This document shows positions 42,479 through 49,430 of a stretch of 49,430 nucleotides of DNA, in pieces (within the stretch, counting starts at the first letter, position 1; every line of letters begins with the position of its first letter). The stretch spans positions 1 through 49,430 of the forward strand of contig JAGQMJ010000002.1 of assembly GCA_020428685.1 (NCBI GenBank), written 5' to 3'. The notes under the pieces are model-generated. The model ran no database searches. It saw nothing but the letters and a program-made list of their open reading frames with translations, and had not been told where the DNA came from. A program made the translations under genes and the position numbers. The stretch is from Candidatus Kaiserbacteria bacterium (lineage in GTDB: Bacteria; Patescibacteriota; Minisyncoccia; Phycocordibacterales; UBA918).

Positions 42479-43264
42479 CTATTCACCTACGTATACACCG
42501 CCCAAGAACTGCCCCATCACCAAATCATAATCAGGTCGATGTTCGGTCAGATGGATACTGCGTTCACCAGTATTTGTCAGTCTGGATGTTATCTCTGGAT
42601 GATTAGTGAGATACTCACTTAACTTATTTGGAATAATTTCATCTTGTGAAAGAATGCTTTTTGTATCCCCAAAATGTAAACGTAATCCTTGCTTGAGCTG
42701 ACTGTAATGAGTACACCCAAGCACAATGACTGTACTCTCACTCGCCTCTTTTTCAATTCTAGAAATCGCTGCTTCGGTCGCAGCTTCTATCTCACCCAAC
42801 TCTATCAAAGGCACCAATTCCGGAGCCGGAATCGAATGAAGAACTACATTCCCATTACTTTTAAGCTGAAGCTCCAAATCATACTTCTTCGATTCCACCG
42901 TTCTTTTTGTGGCCAACAAAGCCACGTTTGTCTTTTTATCAAAACTCATCATTTCAACAGTCGGCACTATAATGCCAAGTATTTTTCGATCAGGATATTC
43001 GGTCAATAAAAATTCCTGCTGCAGTCTCCTAGCTGTTTCAGCCGAGGCTGTATTGCAGGCAATTATCACTAAAGCAGAACCTTCATCAAACAAGTGCTTT
43101 ACACCCTTTTTTGTTAGTTCGTATATTTCAGATTCTGTTTTGTCTCCATAAGGAAGATTTTTTGTATCCCCATAAAATGCGTAGTCATACTGAGACAGCT
43201 CTTTAGCTACTGCTTTCAGTATTGTAAGTCCGCCTAATCCAGAATCAAAAAAGCCAATTTTCAT
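42479..43264 (-). CDS. murI: glutamate racemase
   Basis: MKIGFFDSGLGGLT, ACNTAS and GCTHY motifs are present. The start is set at ATG43264, directly after the EVE gene stop. Confidence 0.9.
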   Translation of the reverse strand: MKIGFFDSGLGGLTILKAVAKELSQYDYAFYGDTKNLPYGDKTESEIYELTKKGVKHLFDEGSALVIIACNTASAETARRLQQEFLLTEYPDRKILGIIVPTVEMMSFDKKTNVALLATKRTVESKKYDLELQLKSNGNVVLHSIPAPELVPLIELGEIEAATEAAISRIEKEASESTVIVLGCTHYSQLKQGLRLHFGDTKSILSQDEIIPNKLSEYLTNHPEITSRLTNTGERSIHLTEHRPDYDLVMGQFLGGVYVGE

Positions 43265-43265
43265 A

Positions 43266-43724
43266 CTACTTGCCCATCTTACACAATCTATCAAAATGTT
43301 TCTTACTTAACTCCATCACAGAAAGTCTATTCCCTTTCCGAACTAAAGCCAAGTCGGCAAAAAAGTTTTCAGATTTAATTTCTGAAAGTGAGACGAGCTT
43401 TGAAAAAACTTCAACAAGCGACACATCTACAGCTAGCCAGCGTGGATTATCGAGCGGTGATTTTGGGTCTCTGTGTGCGCTTTTTGGGTCAAATTGCGTC
43501 GGGTCCGGATATGCATTTTTTACCACTTTCATCACCCCTACCACACCAGTTTCTTTACCAGCATTTGAATGATAAAAAAGCGCCATGTCCCCCACTCTCA
43601 TATCGTCACGCAACATATTGCGCACTTGGTAGTTACGAATTCCGTCCCACATACCACGCTTATCACGTTTTAGGTCAGCAATCGAATATTCACTTGGTTC
43701 ACTTTTCATTATCCAATACTTCAT
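43266..43724 (-). CDS. EVE (PUA-like) domain protein
   Basis: MKYWIMKSEPSEYSI..WDGIRNYQVRNMLRD.MRVGDMALFYHSN matches the EVE domain. Confidence 0.8.
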   Translation of the reverse strand: MKYWIMKSEPSEYSIADLKRDKRGMWDGIRNYQVRNMLRDDMRVGDMALFYHSNAGKETGVVGVMKVVKNAYPDPTQFDPKSAHRDPKSPLDNPRWLAVDVSLVEVFSKLVSLSEIKSENFFADLALVRKGNRLSVMELSKKHFDRLCKMGK

Positions 43725-43733
43725 AGCCTATTA

Positions 43734-43739
43734 ATTATA
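43734..43739 (-). promoter_or_regulatory. -10 hexamer TATAAT (minus strand), 9 nt before ATG43724
   Basis: On the minus strand: ggcTATAAT, spacer taataggct, then ATG. Confidence 0.4.
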
Positions 43740-43749
43740 GCCTAAAAAC

Positions 43750-43758
43750 TGATATAAT
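43750..43758 (+). promoter_or_regulatory. extended -10 promoter TGaTATAAT for the DoxX gene (divergent from EVE-murI)
   Basis: TGaTATAAT lies 34 nt before ATG43793. Confidence 0.45.
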
Positions 43759-43792
43759 TTTTATAAGTTTATTAGTTATAAATATATTTGTT

Positions 43793-44197
43793 ATGTTAAT
43801 GTTATCTGCCCCACACAGGGATTTAGTTAGAGACAAAGGAACGATGTTAGGCCGAATTTTAATCGGTTTTTTGTTTTTTAGTAGCGGTCTGGGAATGCTT
43901 CTAGTGCAAGGTCCTGAAGGAGTTGCCGGATACTTTTCTAGTATGGGATTGCCAATGGCAGGCCTGCTAGTTTGGTTAGTCATAATTGTAAAAGTAACAG
44001 CTGGTGGAGCCATCATGCTTGGCAAAAGAGTCGGACTAGCTTCAGCAGTACTGATACTATTTACATTACTAACCATAGTGATTGCTCACCGCAGTTTTGA
44101 CGACATAAATATGTTCAAGAATCTGGCAATCGTTGGCGGTCTTCTATACCTAATGGCATACGGCCCTGGCGGATCAAATACCAGATTGGCTGAGTAG
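43793..44197 (+). CDS. DoxX family membrane protein
   Basis: MLGRILIGFLFFSSGL... is a typical DoxX start, so the alternative start ATG43844 is plausible. Four TM segments are predicted. Confidence 0.7.
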   Translation: MLMLSAPHRDLVRDKGTMLGRILIGFLFFSSGLGMLLVQGPEGVAGYFSSMGLPMAGLLVWLVIIVKVTAGGAIMLGKRVGLASAVLILFTLLTIVIAHRSFDDINMFKNLAIVGGLLYLMAYGPGGSNTRLAE

Positions 44198-44206
44198 AGC
44201 GACAAT

Positions 44207-44239
44207 AAAAAGGCCGGCCCCGAAGGGGCCGGCCTTTTT
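44207..44239. terminator. bidirectional intrinsic terminator
   Basis: aaaaa-ggccggcccc-gaa-ggggccggcc-ttttt sits between convergent genes. Confidence 0.9.
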
Positions 44240-44248
44240 AAAACCAGC

Positions 44249-44683
44249 TTAGAAGTTTGCAGCGAGAGTGTTACCCCAACACGGCATAGATGCACTCCAT
44301 GGCTGTGTACCCTGTCTCTCATAGAGATACCGAGCATAAGCCATATTGTCGTACAAATCCTCTAAATCAAGTTCCATTGCAACCGCTGTTGCCTCGTGAT
44401 AACGCTTGTTGATTTGCATTACACCAGTATCAGCGGGATCAACTCGTCCTTGTAGGACAGAGCCATCTTCAAGTTCATGACGAAAAGTGGACTCACATCG
44501 CGATACTTCGATCATAACGGGAATATCCGCAAAATATGATCGAACTACTGCTTCTGTGTTTTTGATAGATGCGACTTCTCGCACTACACTTGCCCCCTCT
44601 TCATTCATCGCAATGCGTCCATAGGCTGTTTCAGGGAGCGATACTGTCGAAACAGTAGATGCTGTAAATAAAGCCAGAATCAC
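44249..44683 (-). CDS. lytic transglycosylase (SLT/lysozyme-like) domain protein
   Basis: VSRCESTFRH (catalytic Glu context) and GVMQIN are present, with a hydrophobic N-terminus. The GTG start is uncertain, because the frame is open 9 codons further upstream with no canonical start. Confidence 0.7.
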   Translation of the reverse strand: MILALFTASTVSTVSLPETAYGRIAMNEEGASVVREVASIKNTEAVVRSYFADIPVMIEVSRCESTFRHELEDGSVLQGRVDPADTGVMQINKRYHEATAVAMELDLEDLYDNMAYARYLYERQGTQPWSASMPCWGNTLAANF

Positions 44684-44831
44684 AGTCGATATAATAAGCC
44701 AAGAGTCTTATGGAATAAATACCGGTGAGACATAGGTCGTACATGTGGAGATATCAGATATTTAATCTGAATCAATACTCCGTGCGACACCGATAACCGA
44801 GAGACTATACCATAATCTACGGATTTATTAG

Positions 44832-44860
44832 ACTATATCACACTTATTATTATATGTCAA
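44832..44860 (-). promoter_or_regulatory. near-consensus sigma70 promoter (minus strand) with about 140-nt leader
   Basis: On the minus strand: TTGACA (44855-44860), a 17-nt spacer, then TATAGT (44832-44837). Confidence 0.6.
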
Positions 44861-44874
44861 TGCTTGACAGGGCT

Positions 44875-45654
44875 TTACCCCGGCTTCACTACCTTGGTTG
44901 CATCTGTCCTTGCCCAGTTTGATACTCCTTCAACCGCTCGCAAAACCTCAATCGGTGTAGCAAAAATAACGGTATTTGACTGATCGGAAGAAAGATCATT
45001 CAAGGTTTGCAAAGTACGTAAGTGAAGAGCACCAGGGGCGGCTGAAAGCATATTAGCTGCTTTCGCAATATTTTCAGCCGCCACTACTTCCCCTTCAGCA
45101 TTAATAATCACCGCTCGCCTCTCTCGCTCTGCTTCCGCTTGTTTAGCAATTGTTCGCTCCATTTCCTGCGGTAAAAAGAAGTCTTTTAGCTCCACATTTT
45201 CAACCCTGATGCCCCAAGCGTCAGTTTCTGCATCTACGATTTGCTGAATTCTCTCAGATAATTTATCTCGCTCTGCCAACACTTCATCGAGAGTAGCGCT
45301 ACCGACAATATTTCTCATTGTAGTCTGTGCCAACTGTGACACTGCAAAGCGAAAGTTTTCCACCTCAAGGACAGCCTTGGCAGCATCTGATACTTTGTAA
45401 TAAATCACTGCGTTTATACTCGCTGACACATTGTCTCGTGTAATCACCTTTTGATCCGGAACATCTACCGCTTTTACTCGGAGATCCACTTTTTCCATTT
45501 GCTGAAAAATTGGCACCACCACGCTCCAGCCTGGTGTGCGAAGACTTGTATATCTACCCATGGTCAAGACCACGCCCCTTTCGTATTGCTTCACCTCTCG
45601 GAGCAATATAATCAACACTGCAACAACCACCCCCAGAAAAACTAGAATTTCCAT
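44875..45654 (-). CDS. SPFH/band-7 (stomatin/slipin-like) protein
   Basis: An N-terminal TM segment is followed by QYERGVVLTMGRY...VITRDNV... Confidence 0.85.
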   Translation of the reverse strand: MEILVFLGVVVAVLIILLREVKQYERGVVLTMGRYTSLRTPGWSVVVPIFQQMEKVDLRVKAVDVPDQKVITRDNVSASINAVIYYKVSDAAKAVLEVENFRFAVSQLAQTTMRNIVGSATLDEVLAERDKLSERIQQIVDAETDAWGIRVENVELKDFFLPQEMERTIAKQAEAERERRAVIINAEGEVVAAENIAKAANMLSAAPGALHLRTLQTLNDLSSDQSNTVIFATPIEVLRAVEGVSNWARTDATKVVKPG

Positions 45655-45693
45655 ACTTAAATAATTAAGCTTGTAAGTAAAAACAGTATACGC

Positions 45694-46533
45694 CTATAGT
45701 CGCTGCTTGAGAATACCCATTCCACCATAGAGACCAGCCTCATCGCCCAACTTAGCGATAGTTATAAAAGGACACTCTACGAAACTATCCAAAGCTTCCA
45801 CAACACACTTTCTCACCACATCAATCTCAATGCGAGGATCACCAATAATCATAGAACCTCCCAGCACCACAACGTCAGGCGACCAGTATAAAATCGTATT
45901 ACGAAGACCCTGTGACAAATATTCAGCTAACTCATTCCATAACAAATCACTTTGCGGTATTTCGTAAGGCTTTACCCCAAACCGAGACTCAACCGCTGCA
46001 CCCGAAACCAAGTTCTCCAAGGTGGGAGTAATATCATCACCTAGAATCGTCCTGTCTACATCCAAAATTTGGTGCCCTGGCTCAAAGCCGATGCTGTAGT
46101 CATCAATATAACCTCGCTCAATCTTTACACCACCAACACCAGTACTAATAGTGTGATACGCAACGATTTCTGCTCCAATTCCAGCCCCATACACAGCTTC
46201 ACCCACGCCTGCAGCAGCTGCATCATTCTCGATAAAGATTGGTACTTTATACTTTTTCTTAAATGCATCAACTATCGACTTTCCAGCCCATTTTGTTAAT
46301 ACAATCTCTTTATCTATCCCAGTCTTTTCCTCATTAAGCCGGCCTCGTACTCCGCCAGCCATCGCTTCTACTTTGCCAGGATTCATACCTTCGATGGTTT
46401 CTATCATTTTCTTAATACCATCTTCAAACTTAAGTGGCGTCTTGAATGATTCAACCTTAGATAAGGTTTCCAAATCTTCTGACAGAGCCACTCTAGTCTT
46501 GGTCCCTCCGATATCGAAAAGTACGTAAGTCAT
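45694..46533 (-). CDS. ROK-family sugar kinase (probable glucokinase)
   Basis: VLFDIGGTKTRVAL and ENDAAAAGVGE motifs are present. Confidence 0.75.
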   Translation of the reverse strand: MTYVLFDIGGTKTRVALSEDLETLSKVESFKTPLKFEDGIKKMIETIEGMNPGKVEAMAGGVRGRLNEEKTGIDKEIVLTKWAGKSIVDAFKKKYKVPIFIENDAAAAGVGEAVYGAGIGAEIVAYHTISTGVGGVKIERGYIDDYSIGFEPGHQILDVDRTILGDDITPTLENLVSGAAVESRFGVKPYEIPQSDLLWNELAEYLSQGLRNTILYWSPDVVVLGGSMIIGDPRIEIDVVRKCVVEALDSFVECPFITIAKLGDEAGLYGGMGILKQRL

Positions 46534-46536
46534 ATT

Positions 46537-47790
46537 TTATAGGCCCAATATCTCGCGAGTTTTATTTTTGTACAACTCTACATTTGGTTGATCAAATGCG
46601 TTTAGATTCATCAGCTCAGCTACATACATTGTTTCTCGCATACGCATCCCCATAAACAATCCGAGTGAATAGGTTAAATCCTCATCAAAGATGGTTGAAC
46701 GGTAAGGTAAAGAACGCTCCTGATAGGCCCCCATCACGCCACCATAAAGAGCAGTAGCAACCTCTTGCACATCGTACTTGCCGTATAGTTTTGAAATACC
46801 CTTTTTAGGAATAGAAAAATCGACTTCTTCATCATCAAAAGTGACAAAGTCGGTAAATACTCCAGCAAAACCACTCATATAGAGCTGCCCGACCGAGTGA
46901 AGCTCAACTGCAGTAGAGATAGTTGGCACAAAACCTTTTGTCACACTCTTCCCTACTCTGTCTTTTTCTTTACCGATACTCTCTGCAAAAAGTTGCCTGT
47001 ACCAAGCCCCTAGCTTTGCTAGACGAGGTTCAAAAGCAAAAAAGTTGTAGTGAGTAAAATTCTTCTGCATATAGTGATGCAACCGAACAGCATTGTCTTG
47101 GGTCACTGTCTCAAACTCTTCATTTGAAGAGTCGAGTACTCCAGAAATAAAAGCATCAGTGTCATGTCCCAATAGCGCCAACGGCACAAGTCCCACCTCT
47201 GTGGTGACCGAATAACGTCCACCTACAATTTCAGGCATTGAAATTAGATTTACACCCAATTTCTTTCCAACCTTCATAAAATCAGTACCCGGATTGCCAA
47301 TGAAGATGGTCTGAGAATAAATATCTTTCTTAAACTTCTGCTCAAGCGCATCCAACAAAACTCCAGCATTAACTAAGGTTTCGGCAGTGTTGCCAGACTT
47401 GCTGATGACACAGACCGCAATCTGCTTTACTGACCGAACAGACTTTATAGTCTTCAGTAACTTTTCGATTTCAAAGGCTGAGATTGTATCTAGAGAATGC
47501 AGTTCAACTTGCCCCTTGTCTACCACAGAATGAATTGCCTCGGTTCCTAGATTTGAGCCGCCAATACCAATCAAAACTAAATGCTTGATTGATTTGAACT
47601 GTTTCTTGATGGAGTCAATAGTGTCGTGTAGATCGGGATTTTGGACATGTACCAAAGAATACTCAGGTTGAGTATTGTCGTTGGTTTCAAAAACCTGCTC
47701 AACCTTTTCACGGTATTTTTTAAGATTCTTTTGACCTTTCTTCAGTACTGATTCGTTTATCGTTTCGATGTCAAAATAAGAAAAATACAT
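46537..47790 (-). CDS. pgi: glucose-6-phosphate isomerase
   Basis: GIGGSNLG, ISKSGNTAET and VGGRYS motifs are present. Confidence 0.9.
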   Translation of the reverse strand: MYFSYFDIETINESVLKKGQKNLKKYREKVEQVFETNDNTQPEYSLVHVQNPDLHDTIDSIKKQFKSIKHLVLIGIGGSNLGTEAIHSVVDKGQVELHSLDTISAFEIEKLLKTIKSVRSVKQIAVCVISKSGNTAETLVNAGVLLDALEQKFKKDIYSQTIFIGNPGTDFMKVGKKLGVNLISMPEIVGGRYSVTTEVGLVPLALLGHDTDAFISGVLDSSNEEFETVTQDNAVRLHHYMQKNFTHYNFFAFEPRLAKLGAWYRQLFAESIGKEKDRVGKSVTKGFVPTISTAVELHSVGQLYMSGFAGVFTDFVTFDDEEVDFSIPKKGISKLYGKYDVQEVATALYGGVMGAYQERSLPYRSTIFDEDLTYSLGLFMGMRMRETMYVAELMNLNAFDQPNVELYKNKTREILGL

Positions 47791-47793
47791 AGC

Positions 47794-48528
47794 TTAAACC
47801 TGTCTTACGTTACCTTTTTTAACACTTTTGTTAATGTACTTAAATGCTTCGTCAACACTGTCCACCACATTGAACAGCTCTAGATCTTCAGGACTAATTG
47901 TCTTGAACTTGCGCAGCATTTCTTTTTCAAAGAAGCGGATTAATGGATCCCAATATTCCTTTCCGTACAACACAACTGGGATTCTCTCAATTTTCTTGGT
48001 TTGAATCAATGTAATGATTTCAAAAAATTCATCTAGAGTACCGAAGCCTCCTGGGAAATACACATAAACTTCAGACGCAAAAGTGAGCATCACTTTGCGT
48101 GAAAAGAAAAAGTCAAAATCAAGAGAATCAGTAGTGTAAGGGTTTAGTTTTTGTTCAAATGGCAACTGAATATTCAATCCAACAGACTTCCCTCCTACTT
48201 TGAAAGCTCCGACATTTGAAGCCTCCATAATACCCGGTCCACCGCCAGAAATAATTGAGTAACCTTTCTTAGCAAGCTTGGCAGCCAGCTCTTCTGCAGC
48301 TTTGTAGTATTCATCATCAGGGTTCGTTCTAGCGCTTCCCCAAAACGTTGCTGCCAAGCCATGGTCACGTAAAAGTTCGAATCCTTGTACGAATTCGGCC
48401 ATAATACGAAAAACTCGCCACGACTGTACCGCGTCTCCGTCAGAGCCATTTGGATCTAGTAATTCAGTTACAACTCGGCAATTTTCAATCTGCTTCTTTT
48501 TTTTATTTCCTGTGATTTTTCCAAACAT
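47794..48528 (-). CDS. LOG-family (TIGR00730) Rossmann-fold nucleotide-binding protein
   Basis: SGGGPGIMEA and PGGFGTLDEFFE motifs are present. Confidence 0.85.
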   Translation of the reverse strand: MFGKITGNKKKKQIENCRVVTELLDPNGSDGDAVQSWRVFRIMAEFVQGFELLRDHGLAATFWGSARTNPDDEYYKAAEELAAKLAKKGYSIISGGGPGIMEASNVGAFKVGGKSVGLNIQLPFEQKLNPYTTDSLDFDFFFSRKVMLTFASEVYVYFPGGFGTLDEFFEIITLIQTKKIERIPVVLYGKEYWDPLIRFFEKEMLRKFKTISPEDLELFNVVDSVDEAFKYINKSVKKGNVRQV

Positions 48529-48534
48529 AACTGA

Positions 48535-48543
48535 AGTATAACA
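48535..48543 (-). promoter_or_regulatory. extended -10 promoter TGtTATACT (minus strand), 6 nt before ATG48528
   Basis: On the minus strand: TGtTATACT, spacer tcagtt, then ATG. It lies inside the 21-nt gap after the exonuclease stop. Confidence 0.5.
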
Positions 48544-48549
48544 CCAGCT

Positions 48550-49143
48550 CTAGAGCCAAGGGATGGAATATTGAGAAAATTCGGGGAGAAGTTGCTTGTC
48601 GTACAACAGTCTTGAAACCACTTCTCCGTGACACAGAGCGCCAGTCAGTGCATTGTGCGGCTCTGGCTCACTCGGAATACCGCAGTAATTTAGGATAGCA
48701 TCTAGATTGAGTGCGCTACGCTTATGCTCAGCGTCTATCGGTGGAGTAAAACCTCTCTTCACCATATGCATCCAACACAGACTGTGGGTATCAAGCGTGC
48801 GATAAGCTAGAGTCCAGTTGATACCAGCCCTTTCGGCACCAGCTCGCAACATATCTCTATCAAAAGAAACATTCTGTCCGCAAAGAGTTCTATCTGAAAA
48901 GCTTTCGGTCCACTCCATAAACTTTGCCACCAGCTCAGCCTCGGACATCTTCGTCTCATCGGTTATTTCTACTTCAGTAAAACCATTCACCTCCAGGGCA
49001 CCGTCCATAATATGCGCTCCGTCCCAAATCTTACATTCACCGTAAAAGCGGTTTTCTGGATTATCCAAATCTACTGCCCCGATAGACACTATCGAATGCT
49101 TTTCATAATTTGTTCCAGACGCTTCGATATCAAGTATTAACAT
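48550..49143 (-). CDS. DnaQ-like (DEDD) 3'-5' exonuclease domain protein
   Basis: ExoI is LILDIEASG and ExoII is GQNVSFDRDML. The ExoIII region reads HNALTGA, so the usual H-x4-D aspartate is not evident. Confidence 0.7.
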   Translation of the reverse strand: MLILDIEASGTNYEKHSIVSIGAVDLDNPENRFYGECKIWDGAHIMDGALEVNGFTEVEITDETKMSEAELVAKFMEWTESFSDRTLCGQNVSFDRDMLRAGAERAGINWTLAYRTLDTHSLCWMHMVKRGFTPPIDAEHKRSALNLDAILNYCGIPSEPEPHNALTGALCHGEVVSRLLYDKQLLPEFSQYSIPWL

Positions 49144-49149
49144 AATAAA

Positions 49150-49430
49150 TTAGGCCAAAATCTCAATTAAGTTATCTACCAAAGACTTTTTATCTTCTAC
49201 ACCATCTTTCCATTTGTTGAGAATAGTAGAAACTGCTGAATCAGAATCCTCATCAACCAGTGTTAACAACTTCAAACTGTAACCTTCAAGTGAAAATTGT
49301 CTATCTAGCTCCTTGATTTCCCCATCAGAAAAAGTAGACAGAATAGTCATGAATTCTGCGTTTATATCCTCATAGTCAATCCCATCGATACGATATTTAG
49401 GAATTTCTTCTTCAGAAAAAACATTTGGTT
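49150..49430 (-). CDS. acidic hypothetical protein, 5' end outside window
   Basis: The reading frame stays open from ATG49350 to the window edge. No family recognised. Confidence 0.4.
   Translation of the reverse strand, partial: PNVFSEEEIPKYRIDGIDYEDINAEFMTILSTFSDGEIKELDRQFSLEGYSLKLLTLVDEDSDSAVSTILNKWKDGVEDKKSLVDNLIEILA

Noticed and set aside
19789-44683. Holin-endolysin (prophage lysis cassette) interpretation of the small two-TM proteins plus the SLT-domain protein.
   Set aside because: The genes are 24 kb apart and separated by housekeeping operons. No capsid, terminase, integrase or other phage genes are present anywhere in the window.
44804-44809. Second TATAGT hexamer (minus strand) in the SLT leader, considered as an alternative promoter.
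   Set aside because: No acceptable -35 or TG extension occurs at the right spacing. It is part of the second direct-repeat copy instead.
1-49430. Search for tRNA, rRNA, tmRNA, CRISPR repeats, IS elements or integrases.
   Set aside because: No T-loop-type GGTTCGAATCC context occurs outside coding sequence. No regularly spaced direct repeats and no transposase- or recombinase-like ORFs were seen. Intergenic regions are too short, apart from those discussed in the findings.

Overview
This 49.4-kb window is gene-dense and AT-leaning. I count about 64 protein genes and found no rRNA, tRNA, CRISPR array, transposase or integrase. It reads like core chromosome of a reduced-genome bacterium. A Patescibacteria/CPR (Saccharibacteria-like) origin is plausible, but that is inference from domain-trimmed AlaRS and AspRS, near-absence of Shine-Dalgarno motifs at core genes, and compact operons.

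Plus strand, in order:
- mnmA 3' end, an ATP-cone/PD-(D/E)xK nuclease, a Cas4-like nuclease, a minimal MGMT, an HD hydrolase, an M16 peptidase pair and alaS.
- A PilM/FtsA-like ATPase with a single-pass membrane partner.
- infA-rpmJ-rpsM-rpsK-rpsD-rpoA-rplQ-rplM-rpsI.
- A stand-alone receiver-domain cassette, then grpE-dnaK-dnaJ.
- yigZ, an EamA transporter and pdaD with a PurD-like ATP-grasp gene.
- A micro-ORF followed by a 7TM histidine kinase, then trpS.
- A T-box leader followed by aspS, then pepA and scpA-scpB.
- dac-mraY-ftsW-murG-gltX-M23-gdh.

Minus strand:
- An island of four small membrane-protein genes (19.8-21.0 kb).
- A His-rich 74-aa gene, EVE-murI and an SLT-domain gene.
- The LOG-pgi-ROK-SPFH operon and a DnaQ-like exonuclease.

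Most noteworthy observations, all hand-derived from the sequence:
1. A recurrent extended -10 element (TGnTAnnnT) sits exactly 6 nt before start codons, implying widespread leaderless mRNAs.
2. A small set of short accessory genes instead carries TTGACA-type promoters plus strong Shine-Dalgarno motifs, and sometimes higher GC.
3. An Asp-specific T-box with a reduced Stem I lies upstream of aspS.
4. A pdaD / PurD-like ATP-grasp gene pair has no other purine or polyamine genes nearby.
5. An ATP-cone domain is fused to an Mrr-like nuclease.

I did not find a clear-cut, recognisable novel multi-gene system. The findings are candidates, not demonstrations.
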